From Candidatus Hodarchaeota archaeon (GTDB lineage: Archaea; Asgardarchaeota; Lokiarchaeia; Sigyniarchaeales; SOKP01), in the NCBI GenBank assembly GCA_048886685.1, contig JBHLKM010000023.1, forward strand, positions 1 to 51,365: a stretch of DNA of 51,365 nucleotides, read 5' to 3'. Below are positions 41,088-51,053 of this stretch, piece after piece. Position numbers and translations under genes: made by a program. The notes beneath the pieces are model-generated. The model searched no databases. It worked only from the letters and a program-made list of their open reading frames with translations, and was not told where the DNA came from. Each line of letters begins with the position of its first letter. The stretch's first letter is position 1.

Positions 41088-43349
41088 ATGAACAAATTTG
41101 AAGATTTTAAAGGTAAGATAGGAAGAACACACAAAGAATCAACACCATGGTGGCCTAAACCGAAAGGATTTGGGAAAGACTACCCTAATATAATAATTAT
41201 CTTGTTTGATGATACAGGATTCTCTCAATTTGGCTGTTATGGGTCAAATATTGACACACCTAACATTGATCGTCTTGCTGAGGGAGGGTTACGATTTACA
41301 AACTTTCACACGACTGCTTTATGTTCCCCTACTCGAGCGTGTTTACTGACTGGAAGGAATCACCATGCCGTAGGTGTACGGGCAATTTCTAATTTCGATA
41401 CTGGGTTCCCACATATGCGAGGGTCTATTACACCAAACGCTGCAACAATAGCAGAAATCCTTCGAGAGAATGGGTACGCTACATTTATGTCAGGGAAATG
41501 GCATCTAGCACCAATGGCTCAAGCCTCAGCTGCCGGACCTTTTGATAACTGGCCTTTACAACGTGGGTTTAATCGGTATTATGGATTTATGCAAGGAGAA
41601 ACTGATCAATTTTATCCCCAATTAACATATGATAACCATCCCGTCGATCCTCCAAAAGGACCTGAAGAAGGATATCATGTTACAGAAGATCTTATTGATA
41701 AAGCTATTGAATTCATTCGTGATCATAAATCTATATATCCTGAACAACCCTTCTTCCTATATGTGGCATTTGGAGCTACTCACACACCCCATCAAGCACC
41801 TAAAGAGTTTATTGACAAGTACAAAGGTCGATTTGATGATGGTTGGGATATTATGCGAGAAGAATGGCATAAAAAACAATTAGAAACAGGTGTCATTCCT
41901 CCTGGTACGAAACTAGCTCCTCGTAATCCGGGAGTAGAGCCTTGGGATTCACTATCAGATAAAGAAAAGAGATTTGCATTAAAATTGCAAGAGACTTTTG
42001 CTGGATTTCTCGACCATACAGATCATCATATAGGAAGGTTGTTATCATTTCTTGGTGAAATGAATATCTCAGATGATACAATGATCATCTTACTATCAGA
42101 CAATGGCGCTGCTCCTGCTGGGGGCAGATTAGGTGTTATGCATGAATTCAAATCCTTCAATGGGATACCTGAAGACATTGACAAAGTTCAAGATTTAATT
42201 GATCTGATTGGAGGGCCCCATAGCTATCCAAATTATCCTTTAGGATGGGCACAAGCTGGAAATACACCTCTTAAGTGGTATAAGGGGTTTACCTATGGAG
42301 GAGGGATTCGAGATCCGTGTATAATTCGCTGGCCTAATCGAATTAAGGATCGTGGTGGGATCCGACATCAATTTCACCATGTTTCTGACATTGTGCCCAC
42401 GATTCTTGAAGCATTAAACATAGATCCCCCTACTACTTATAAGGGATATGACCAAATGCCAATCTCTGGAACTTCTATGGTATATTCATTTGATTCGGCA
42501 CATGAACCCTCAAGAAAAACTACACAATATTTTGAGATGTTTGGTCGTCGAGGAATTTGGGCTGATGGGTGGAAAGCTGTTACAAATCATCAACAAGGAA
42601 AACCATATGGTGATGAAGAATGGAATTTGTATAATTTAAATGAGGATTTTTCTGAGAGTGAAAATTTAGCTGATAAATATCCAGAAAAACTGCGAAAAAT
42701 GATTGATTTATGGTGGATTGAAGCGGGAAAATATGGAGTTTTGCCTCTTGATGATAGAATGGGTGAACTTTTCGCACCTCGATTCCTCCCTGGATACCCT
42801 CATCATGAAAACCGTGAATATATTTATTATCCTCCCGTTTCTCAATTGCCTTCTGATGCATCTCCCGCTATTGGAAATCGTTCATGGGTTATGACTGCAG
42901 AAATCGAAAGAGCTGATGAAAATGTAGATGGTGTAATTTTCGTTTATGGTACTCAAAATGTAGGATTGGGCTGTTATGTTAAAGATAATAAACTTGTATT
43001 TGATTATAATATATACAAAGACCATTATATAGTACGGTCCAATCTTCCAGTTCCAACAGGTCTAAGCACAATTGGGGTAAAATTTCAAAGAATAGGTACA
43101 AAAGGGGTAATTACTCTTATAATTGATGGAAATGAATGCGGTTCTGTTAACACTCCATCAGTATTAAGGATGATCTCAGCTTCAGGGATGCAAATTGGGA
43201 GAAATCATTTGTCTCCTATTACCAATGATTATGAATCTCCCTTTAAATTCAAAGGTAAAATAAAGTATGTTAAATTCACACTCCTGCACTACAAACCAAC
43301 TTCAGAAGATAATCAAAAAAAGTTTGAAGCAGAGATGATAAAACAATAA
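41088..43349 (+). CDS. Arylsulfatase (tandem paralog)
   Basis: Same motifs; colinear with the previous gene. Confidence 0.93.
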   Translation: MNKFEDFKGKIGRTHKESTPWWPKPKGFGKDYPNIIIILFDDTGFSQFGCYGSNIDTPNIDRLAEGGLRFTNFHTTALCSPTRACLLTGRNHHAVGVRAISNFDTGFPHMRGSITPNAATIAEILRENGYATFMSGKWHLAPMAQASAAGPFDNWPLQRGFNRYYGFMQGETDQFYPQLTYDNHPVDPPKGPEEGYHVTEDLIDKAIEFIRDHKSIYPEQPFFLYVAFGATHTPHQAPKEFIDKYKGRFDDGWDIMREEWHKKQLETGVIPPGTKLAPRNPGVEPWDSLSDKEKRFALKLQETFAGFLDHTDHHIGRLLSFLGEMNISDDTMIILLSDNGAAPAGGRLGVMHEFKSFNGIPEDIDKVQDLIDLIGGPHSYPNYPLGWAQAGNTPLKWYKGFTYGGGIRDPCIIRWPNRIKDRGGIRHQFHHVSDIVPTILEALNIDPPTTYKGYDQMPISGTSMVYSFDSAHEPSRKTTQYFEMFGRRGIWADGWKAVTNHQQGKPYGDEEWNLYNLNEDFSESENLADKYPEKLRKMIDLWWIEAGKYGVLPLDDRMGELFAPRFLPGYPHHENREYIYYPPVSQLPSDASPAIGNRSWVMTAEIERADENVDGVIFVYGTQNVGLGCYVKDNKLVFDYNIYKDHYIVRSNLPVPTGLSTIGVKFQRIGTKGVITLIIDGNECGSVNTPSVLRMISASGMQIGRNHLSPITNDYESPFKFKGKIKYVKFTLLHYKPTSEDNQKKFEAEMIKQ

Positions 43350-43360
43350 TTTGTTTTTTT

Positions 43361-44815
43361 TTATTTTACACTTTTAAGTGATTCTTTTAGGACATCCTCA
43401 AATTTATCGCAAATAAAATCAGCATCTTCTTCATTTATTATGATTGGAGGTTTGATTTTAATTAGATTATGCATCAAAACTCTTCCAGTTGTGCTTAAGT
43501 ATGGCATACTTGGACCAAACAGTATCTTTTGTCTCATTCCTTCAGCAAGCATTTCATTCATTAAGTCTGAGTGTGGTTCTCTACTTGTTTGATCCTTTAC
43601 CATTTCAACACCAATAAATAATCCTGGTCCCCGAATATCTCCAATGACCTCATAATTTTCTTGAAGTTCTTTTAATCTTTTTGTTATTTGTTTACCTCGT
43701 TCCTCACAATTTTCGCCGAATTTGGCTTTTTCTATGACTTTTATTGATGCTAATCCCGCTGTTAAACTTATTGGAGTATTACAAAAGGTTGTATGATCCT
43801 CCGAAGGAGAGAAGCGCTTTCGCATCTTTTTTGAAGCAATCATAGCTCCAAGTGGAAATCCACCACCAATAGCTTTCGTAAAGCACATCATATCAGGAGA
43901 CACATCAAGATTTAATTCCTTTTCGTATCTCTCAGTCAGGGTAAAATATTTTCCAGTTCTCCATACTCCAGTTTGACACTCATCATATATCCTAAAAATT
44001 TTTTCTTCATCACAGATCTCTTTTAGTTTCTCTAAATATTCTGGTGGAAATGGTATGTGGCCTCCAGGACCTTGACAAGGTTCAAGTAAAACTGCTGCCA
44101 ATCTCCTTGAGGTTAATCCCATTAAATATTTATTTACTAATTCAAAACATTCCATATTACAATGGGGATCCTTATTTCCATACAATCCCTCTTTATAGTT
44201 CCACAGACATCGATAACAATATGGTTGGGGAACTCTTGGGAATACATCTACTCCAAATGAACGGAATCTTGTAATCGAATGTATGGGGTGTGACGCTGTT
44301 ATCATTGCTAAACTATTTCCATGATAGGCTCCTTGAAAAGTTAGGATTTGTTCACCCTCTTTCGAAGCAATTAATGACAGTTTTATAGCTGCTTCGATGG
44401 CTGCACCCCCACCAGAATTATTTACATGTACTCTTCCATCCTTTAATCTTCCCGGTGCTAATTCCGCTAGCTTGTTAACAAATTTAACCCTAGCGGGTGA
44501 AGTTCCACTCGATTTAATATGAGTTAATCTTTTCATTTGTTCTGAAACAGCATAATTAATATCAGGATTAGCAAAACCTAATGCTAGAACCCAATTTTGC
44601 GATGTACAATCAAGCATTTCAGAAAATTCACCACTTTTAAGATTCTTCACCACAACCCAAGGAGATCCCGGTTCTTTTGTTTCGATAAATACGTTAGATT
44701 CATAGTGGACATTTAGGCAATGATCTTCAAAAAGTAGCAAATCCTCCTCATTTACTCCTGCCGAAATTTGGCTTAATTCTTCTTTACTTAATATTTTTGG
44801 ATTAAAATCTACCAT
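43361..44815 (-). CDS. Class III PLP-dependent aminotransferase
   Basis: AYHG, EP.QG.GG, DECQTG..RTG, TKAIGGG, IRG.GL..GVE. Confidence 0.92.
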   Translation of the reverse strand: MVDFNPKILSKEELSQISAGVNEEDLLLFEDHCLNVHYESNVFIETKEPGSPWVVVKNLKSGEFSEMLDCTSQNWVLALGFANPDINYAVSEQMKRLTHIKSSGTSPARVKFVNKLAELAPGRLKDGRVHVNNSGGGAAIEAAIKLSLIASKEGEQILTFQGAYHGNSLAMITASHPIHSITRFRSFGVDVFPRVPQPYCYRCLWNYKEGLYGNKDPHCNMECFELVNKYLMGLTSRRLAAVLLEPCQGPGGHIPFPPEYLEKLKEICDEEKIFRIYDECQTGVWRTGKYFTLTERYEKELNLDVSPDMMCFTKAIGGGFPLGAMIASKKMRKRFSPSEDHTTFCNTPISLTAGLASIKVIEKAKFGENCEERGKQITKRLKELQENYEVIGDIRGPGLFIGVEMVKDQTSREPHSDLMNEMLAEGMRQKILFGPSMPYLSTTGRVLMHNLIKIKPPIIINEEDADFICDKFEDVLKESLKSVK

Positions 44816-44935
44816 GATCTTCTTACCATTTAAAACTTTTTAGATTAAAGATTACTTCATTCAAAAATCTATTCCTTTTTGTTAAAAATATCCTAAATTT
44901 TTGATTATAAGAATAAAATAGAAGAAGATAATCTA

Positions 44936-45250
44936 TTATAAAAGAAGTATTTTTCCATCCTTTATGATATATCGTTCTTTTATTAAATTCGGATTCTTGC
45001 TAATTGTTTGAACAACCTGTTTTTGAATTTTTTTCATATTGTCAAGGATATTAAGCGAAGGACGCTCCCCTGTTACCAGTTGGGCTAAATCTGTGATATA
45101 GTACGACTTAATATTACTTTGGGTGGCATAGTTAGAAAGTGTAGAATAGCAACCTGTACAGATATGAGTGATTACCTCCGCACTTACTAGTTCTGCTTCA
45201 GCTATTCTTTCTTTGGCGATATTTGCCGCCAACGATCGATTTCTTATGAA
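44936..45250 (-). pseudogene. C-terminal fragment of a CCG-domain Fe-S oxidoreductase
   Basis: IAKERIAEAE...ITHICTGC...ITDL. The preceding CCG motif and N-terminus are missing, and in-frame stops lie upstream. Confidence 0.65.
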
Positions 45251-45259
45251 AATTTAATT

Positions 45260-46387
45260 TTATGATTTTTTTTCCAAATTTTTTTTGGTAACGCAATATA
45301 CTGGACCTGTTCTCATTATTACTAAGCAAGAATTACAGCTTATACACTTTGCGGGGGTTAAATCACCATTTTTCCAACGATTAGGTAAATCAGGTTCATA
45401 TATCAATGGACGACACATCGAAATGAAATCTGCTTGGTTGTCACGTAATATTTTTTCTGCAGAGAGTGGATTTTTTATCCCTCCCACCAGAATCAATTTT
45501 GATTTCTTCATTAGCGGTTTTATAATTTTGGCTGTTGGTAAAAAATAATTTTCATCCTCAGGTGATTTAATCATTTTACAAGGATAGGGATTTTTATGGG
45601 CTAATTGGCTTTCATAAATCCCTCCACTAGGTTCAATCGCATCATATCCAATATCGGCAAGAATCTCTACTATTTTTGAACTCGTGTTTAATGTAAGGCC
45701 TCCAGGTACTGAATCATCAGTTTGGAGTTTGACCGTTATAGGGAATTCTTTTCCAAGCTCATCTCTGATTTGATTGAAGATTTCTACAAGGATTCTAGCC
45801 ATATTTTGAACAGTTCCCCCAAATTCATCCTTACGTTTATTTGTATAAGGTGAAACAAAATTACTTAGAAGATACCCATGAGATGCATGGAGTTGGACCA
45901 TATCATATTCGCATTCATAAGCTCGAATGGCTGTTTCCTTAAATTTTTTAATTAATTCATAAATTTCTTCAATACTTAGTTCTCTTGGTGTTAAACCTGT
46001 CGTTTTTTCAGGAATCGGAGAAGGTGCGATAGGGGTATATTTTGGATGCTCACATTGCCGTCCCATATGAACAATCTGTATAGCTAGCTTAACGTCAGGT
46101 TGATCATGAACTGCTTTAACTAATTTTTTGTGTCCTGGAATATAGGAATCATTATCTAATCGAAGTTGATACGGGCTTCCTGTTGCACTCGGATCTATTC
46201 CTGTAAATCCAGTAATAATTAAACCTGTTCCTCCACGTGCTAATTCATCATACATGTCAAATATTTTTTGACCAACATATCCATATTTTTCAGCCCTATG
46301 CTCAAAAGTAGCCGATCTGACAATTCGGTTCTTTATTTCTACATTGCCAATTTTTTCCGGGCTGAATAGGGTTTTTAACTTCATCAT
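45260..46387 (-). CDS. NADH:flavin oxidoreductase (OYE family)
   Basis: KNRIVRSAT, Q..H.G, LHASHGYL, N.R.DEFGG, RP...PDL, CISCN.C. Confidence 0.92.
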   Translation of the reverse strand: MMKLKTLFSPEKIGNVEIKNRIVRSATFEHRAEKYGYVGQKIFDMYDELARGGTGLIITGFTGIDPSATGSPYQLRLDNDSYIPGHKKLVKAVHDQPDVKLAIQIVHMGRQCEHPKYTPIAPSPIPEKTTGLTPRELSIEEIYELIKKFKETAIRAYECEYDMVQLHASHGYLLSNFVSPYTNKRKDEFGGTVQNMARILVEIFNQIRDELGKEFPITVKLQTDDSVPGGLTLNTSSKIVEILADIGYDAIEPSGGIYESQLAHKNPYPCKMIKSPEDENYFLPTAKIIKPLMKKSKLILVGGIKNPLSAEKILRDNQADFISMCRPLIYEPDLPNRWKNGDLTPAKCISCNSCLVIMRTGPVYCVTKKNLEKKS

Positions 46388-46698
46388 TATCTTTCATCAA
46401 TTTCATTCGTTTAACTACAATTTCATCCTATCTTTGATCTTTTTGGTTTACACATTGTTAAATCTCCATCTTTCCTATGCATAATAGAGGTGCCTTTAGT
46501 TAAATGTATATAATTATTTATAGAGATAAAAACTTCAACATCAAAAAATTTGGATGGGATCCATGAGTAATTCTAATTCTACTAAAATAATTAGTGAAAT
46601 AAAATTAGAATATTTAAATATAGTTAAAACGAATTACTAGCAACAAGAAAGCTTAATATGTTAAATCCAAAAACATATAAATTGAAGTTGATTTAAAT

Positions 46699-47496
46699 TT
46701 GCCAAAAGTTAAAGTAGATGATGTGAATCTTTATTATGAGATTCATGGAGAAGGTGTTCCTCTCTTAATGATTCAAGGTTTATCTGAAAACGTTTATTGG
46801 TGGGATCCTCCTATGATAGAACAGCTCTCACAACATTTTAAAACAATTATTTTTGATAACAGAGGTGTTGGGAGAAGTGATAATCTGGAAGGAGACCTCA
46901 CAATAGAAATTATGGCTTTTGATGCATTAGGATTGATGGATGCTTTAAATATTGATCAAGCTCATATCCTTGGTCATTCTATGGGAGGAATGATAGCACA
47001 AGAACTAACCCTTAAATTTCCCGAACGAATTAACAAGCTAGTTCTTTGTTCAACAAGTTGCGGCGGATCAAGGGCAGAATTGCCTTCAATAGAAACACAA
47101 AGGTTATTGGGTAAATTATCGGTAAAAGGTCATACAAGAGATTTAGTCGAAGAAGCTATGCCTCATATATTCACAAAAAAATTCATGAGTGAAAATCCTG
47201 AATTTATGGAGAAAAAAGTTGATGATATTCTGATAATTCCAACAGGACCAACCACCTTTAAAGCCCAAATGACTGCATGGATGAGGTATAACTCCTATAG
47301 AAAATTAAAAGACATAAATATCCCTACTTTAATAATTCATGGTAACGATGACATTCTTGTTCCACCTCGAAATGGTGAATTATTAGCTGAGAAAATACCG
47401 AATGCTGAAATTACATACTTCGACTCAGATGCTCATATGATTCACACTGAAGAGCCTGATAAGTTTAACGACACATTAATTAAATTTCTGAAGTAA
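46699..47496 (+). CDS. Alpha/beta hydrolase
   Basis: DNRG.GRS, GHSMGG, G..D, H. Confidence 0.92.
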   Translation: MPKVKVDDVNLYYEIHGEGVPLLMIQGLSENVYWWDPPMIEQLSQHFKTIIFDNRGVGRSDNLEGDLTIEIMAFDALGLMDALNIDQAHILGHSMGGMIAQELTLKFPERINKLVLCSTSCGGSRAELPSIETQRLLGKLSVKGHTRDLVEEAMPHIFTKKFMSENPEFMEKKVDDILIIPTGPTTFKAQMTAWMRYNSYRKLKDINIPTLIIHGNDDILVPPRNGELLAEKIPNAEITYFDSDAHMIHTEEPDKFNDTLIKFLK

Positions 47497-47591
47497 ACAG
47501 TTAAGTAATAATGCTTAACTTTTACTATTTATTATTTATTTTTATAATATATTACATATATAAAAACTAAGTATTTAAAAAGTAAAATAAA

Positions 47592-48032
47592 ATGAAAACC
47601 CTTAGAGAATCTATCAAAATTAATGTCTCTCCCGAAGTAATTTGGGATTGGTTCCAACATATAGCAGAAAATTACCTCGAATGGCATCCTTCTCATATAA
47701 AAGCTCATTGGGAAACAGAAACGGATAGTGAAATTGGCTCCATTTTGTATGCTGAAGAAGATATTAATGGAGAGTTTTTAAAAATGAGATCTAAGTTGAC
47801 TGAGCTTATTCCACACAGATTGTATAGATTTAAGACCGTAGGGGCTTTGAAACTCATCTTGGCTGGTGGTTCTTTTGAAATTAAACCTTCTGAAAATGGA
47901 AGTATCTTCACCGCAACTCTAGACTTTCACATGGGCAAATTGCTTTCGAAACTTGCTAAGAAGTCAGTACAAAAGATATCCCAACATATGATTGAAGAAG
48001 GACAAAATTTGAAACAGATTTTAGAAAAATAA
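47592..48032 (+). CDS. SRPBCC/START-fold protein (paralog of 4257-4700)
   Basis: Highly similar to the first copy. Confidence 0.75.
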   Translation: MKTLRESIKINVSPEVIWDWFQHIAENYLEWHPSHIKAHWETETDSEIGSILYAEEDINGEFLKMRSKLTELIPHRLYRFKTVGALKLILAGGSFEIKPSENGSIFTATLDFHMGKLLSKLAKKSVQKISQHMIEEGQNLKQILEK

Positions 48033-48228
48033 GAATGATATTTAATTTACTTTTAGAATAATTATAAAGTTTCATTTTAAAGAATATAATCTTTACTTCT
48101 TATATAGAATAATAAATAACACTTTTAAGATAATTTTGAATATTATAGTTTAAGGAAAAAATCTTAAGGAATCTAACTAGTATTAACTATTAATTTTCTT
48201 TTTCAATAAGCGAGGTGTTGTTCTTATA

Positions 48229-48741
48229 GTGAAATTAACGTGTCCAAAATGCGGAAAAGTTTATCAAAGAGGGGGTATCTATTATCAAAATCATATAAAA
48301 AGCTGTACTGGTAATGTACCTCTAAAAAAAACAAAGAGTACCTCAATTAAACCTAAAAAAGTTGAAATATCATCAACAATCTTGAAGAGATTAGATTCGA
48401 TCGAAAATCGATTGTATAATTTAGAACAAGGTTTTAGGGCATTGAAATTAACAAGAACGGTAAAATCTGATATTAAAAGTGAAGATCAATTATTAGAAAT
48501 TGTTAATCAAAAGATCCAAGAGCTATCACAGAAGACTTTAGGTATTCAAAAAGTACTTTTAAGAGATTTATATGAAATTATTAGTAAAGATTATAATATT
48601 TCAATAGACAATTTTTCTGAATATTTAATTAGACTATATAATAGGAATAAAATTCAATTAGAAGCTGGAATGAGTAGCGATAAATTTTCCATTGAAGATA
48701 ATTATGGAAACGTGTTCAAGCTCATCAGGATTCTGGATTAA
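48229..48741 (+). CDS. C2HC zinc finger + coiled coil + predicted winged-helix protein
   Basis: CPKC-x13-H-x3-C, heptad ILKRLDSIENRLYNLE, helical/wing C-terminus; GAGGTG RBS before the GTG start. Confidence 0.7.
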   Translation: MKLTCPKCGKVYQRGGIYYQNHIKSCTGNVPLKKTKSTSIKPKKVEISSTILKRLDSIENRLYNLEQGFRALKLTRTVKSDIKSEDQLLEIVNQKIQELSQKTLGIQKVLLRDLYEIISKDYNISIDNFSEYLIRLYNRNKIQLEAGMSSDKFSIEDNYGNVFKLIRILD

Positions 48742-48761
48742 ATTTCTTTAAGGGAATTCAA

Positions 48762-51053
48762 ATGGAAAAAGGGCTATTTTCAAAAAAATTATTTCCAGAT
48801 AAAAATAGAATCGATGAAATAATTCTTAGAAATCCAAGTCCATTTATTCTTCAAACTACCACTAAAAGCAGTATTCCAGAAGTTTTTGTAGGTAGAAATG
48901 ATGAAATTAAAATAATTGTTGAAACTATAAAAAGAGTAGTCGAAAATGAGAATTGCATTGCGCTATACATCGAAGGTGCTGGGGGTAGCGGTAAATCAAC
49001 ATTGTATAGTCATATTTTCAGAGCTATCAAACAAAAAAAATATCGATTAATAGATTTATATGAGGATTACAAACTTGATTCAGTGTTTATGGATTCTCCA
49101 GAAGACCCAGAATATTGTAATATGCTATATATTTATAGCGAAATTATTCAAAATTTGGGTAAAACTTCCTTTTTTGATGAATTATCATTTCTTACATTAA
49201 AAAAATTATTAGGAGTTATAGAATTCAAATATGGAGGAGAGAATCCATTAAAAGATGTGAAAGATATCGAAGAATATATTAATTTATCCGATTGTCATGA
49301 TAGATATAAAAAATGTATTGATATTATAAAAAAAAATTATAGAATCCTTCGATCAAAAGAAGATTTTAATTTTGAATGGCAATTTTTAGAGATACTCTTA
49401 TTGGTTCTAAATCCAGATTTTGACATCTCTATTAAAGCTATAAACGAATTAAGTGCTGTTGAATATGGAGTAGATAAATTTATCAAAAATAAAACAGATG
49501 CTTCTAAAATATTCAATATAGTTACAAATCTAATAGGGTGGTTATACGGTAATAAGAAAGTAGGAATTGTGGTAGGAATTGATAATATAGAATCTTTATT
49601 GGGTTCTAAAAAAGAGGAAAAATTCATTAATTTTATAAATATGCTCCTTGATTTTCGCAATAAAATTTCTCGGACTCTTCTAATAATTATTGGAACATCA
49701 TCTACATGGATGGAATTCATATCATTTTTAAAGAATAGTGATTATTACAACCAATTTCAAGGTTTATTTTCATCTAACAATATCTCATTGAAATTTTTGG
49801 AATTAGTCCAAGTTAAACAAATTGTTAAAAAACATTTAGATCGATTATATAAGGAGTATTCTGTTACTTTGCCTGTTGAATATTCATTATATCCTTTTAG
49901 CCCTGAGGCAATAGAATATCTTTACAGAATTTCTGCTAAGAATATCCGAAATGTTAAAATTTATTTAAATGATTATTGGGAGGAATTTCAGAAGTTAGGA
50001 ACAATAGAATATATTTCCGATGCTTTTAAAATAATGAAGAAATTCAAGAAAGATATAATTCTGGATGATTATGAAGTGGATATTTTGTTTGAAAAGTTGT
50101 GGAGTGAGAAAATTAAAACAACGGGAATGCGATCAGCTCTAGTGGAAAAAGCACTTCAAAATGCATTTGAAATATTGAGGACAGAACCTGATTATAATAT
50201 TTACAGCGTTGAAAATAACCCTCAAGTTAGAATAAAAGACAATTCAAGGATTAAAACAGTAAGACCAGATATTGTTGTTAGTTTAGCGTCAAAATACAAG
50301 ATAGGAGAAATGAAGAGAATTGAATTTCAGGTGAAAATTTATGAGAAAAAAAGTAGTGTTTTAAGAAGCCATATAGAGACATCAAAGAAATTACTGGAGC
50401 AAAAACAGATAGATTTTGTTTATTTTGTTACTACTTCTGACTTTTCAAAAACTTTAATTTCTGAATTAAAAGAAACTTATCCAGAAAGAATTGGAGGTGT
50501 TTACCCATTAACAAAAACTCAGCAAGCTTATTTGTCATTATTAGTATTTTATGAATCCATTTTTAACCAGAAGATAAATCCCTCCTATACAAAGATTTTA
50601 TTAAAGAATAGTTTAGGAATAGATATCGGAGAATTCTTCGAATTTATTAGCACTTTACCTAAGATATCAATAACTCCAACCATTCAACCGACCCTTGAAA
50701 CTTTTACACTTCAGATAGATGAAATACCTAAAGTTGAACTATCAGAAGCCATTCCTTCAGAAATTGTCAGTGAAGAAATCCCAATACAGGCAGAACAACA
50801 AGAATTAAAAAAGTCATATCCTCCTGCTATAGAGGATATCTTGTTGTTTATGTATAGGAGAACTGGAAGATTCAAAGGGCAAACCACATTTAATTTTTTA
50901 AAGGGAAAAATCTTGAATTTTAGGGATGAGGAAGTAAAAGAAGGATTTAATTGGTTGAAAAAGCAGAGTAATTACATAGATAATATTTCAAGTGCATCAA
51001 TAAAAGTTAATGATAATGGAATTCAACTTTTAAAGAGTCTAGGCAAAATATAA
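48762..51053 (+). CDS. AAA+/P-loop ATPase fused to an Mrr-like PD-(D/E)xK nuclease and a C-terminal wHTH
   Basis: FVGR, Walker A GAGGSGKS (aa 72), Walker B IVVGIDNIE (D274), YPF..EAI lid, E462/PD503/Q523-x-K525, FVTTSDFS. Confidence 0.78.
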   Translation: MEKGLFSKKLFPDKNRIDEIILRNPSPFILQTTTKSSIPEVFVGRNDEIKIIVETIKRVVENENCIALYIEGAGGSGKSTLYSHIFRAIKQKKYRLIDLYEDYKLDSVFMDSPEDPEYCNMLYIYSEIIQNLGKTSFFDELSFLTLKKLLGVIEFKYGGENPLKDVKDIEEYINLSDCHDRYKKCIDIIKKNYRILRSKEDFNFEWQFLEILLLVLNPDFDISIKAINELSAVEYGVDKFIKNKTDASKIFNIVTNLIGWLYGNKKVGIVVGIDNIESLLGSKKEEKFINFINMLLDFRNKISRTLLIIIGTSSTWMEFISFLKNSDYYNQFQGLFSSNNISLKFLELVQVKQIVKKHLDRLYKEYSVTLPVEYSLYPFSPEAIEYLYRISAKNIRNVKIYLNDYWEEFQKLGTIEYISDAFKIMKKFKKDIILDDYEVDILFEKLWSEKIKTTGMRSALVEKALQNAFEILRTEPDYNIYSVENNPQVRIKDNSRIKTVRPDIVVSLASKYKIGEMKRIEFQVKIYEKKSSVLRSHIETSKKLLEQKQIDFVYFVTTSDFSKTLISELKETYPERIGGVYPLTKTQQAYLSLLVFYESIFNQKINPSYTKILLKNSLGIDIGEFFEFISTLPKISITPTIQPTLETFTLQIDEIPKVELSEAIPSEIVSEEIPIQAEQQELKKSYPPAIEDILLFMYRRTGRFKGQTTFNFLKGKILNFRDEEVKEGFNWLKKQSNYIDNISSASIKVNDNGIQLLKSLGKI

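Noticed and set aside
40254-42861. Similar antisense ORFs in both sulfatases
   Set aside because: By-product of the gene duplication.
44936-46387. Readthrough fusion of OYE with the in-frame CCG fragment
   Set aside because: Two in-frame TAA stops intervene, not TGA/TAG, so there is no Sec/Pyl case.
182-49720. Many short ORF-track entries overlapping larger genes (e.g. 1603-1941, 6903-7238, 35438-35770, 49337-49720)
   Set aside because: Antisense or alternate-frame shadows of well-supported genes, with no motifs.
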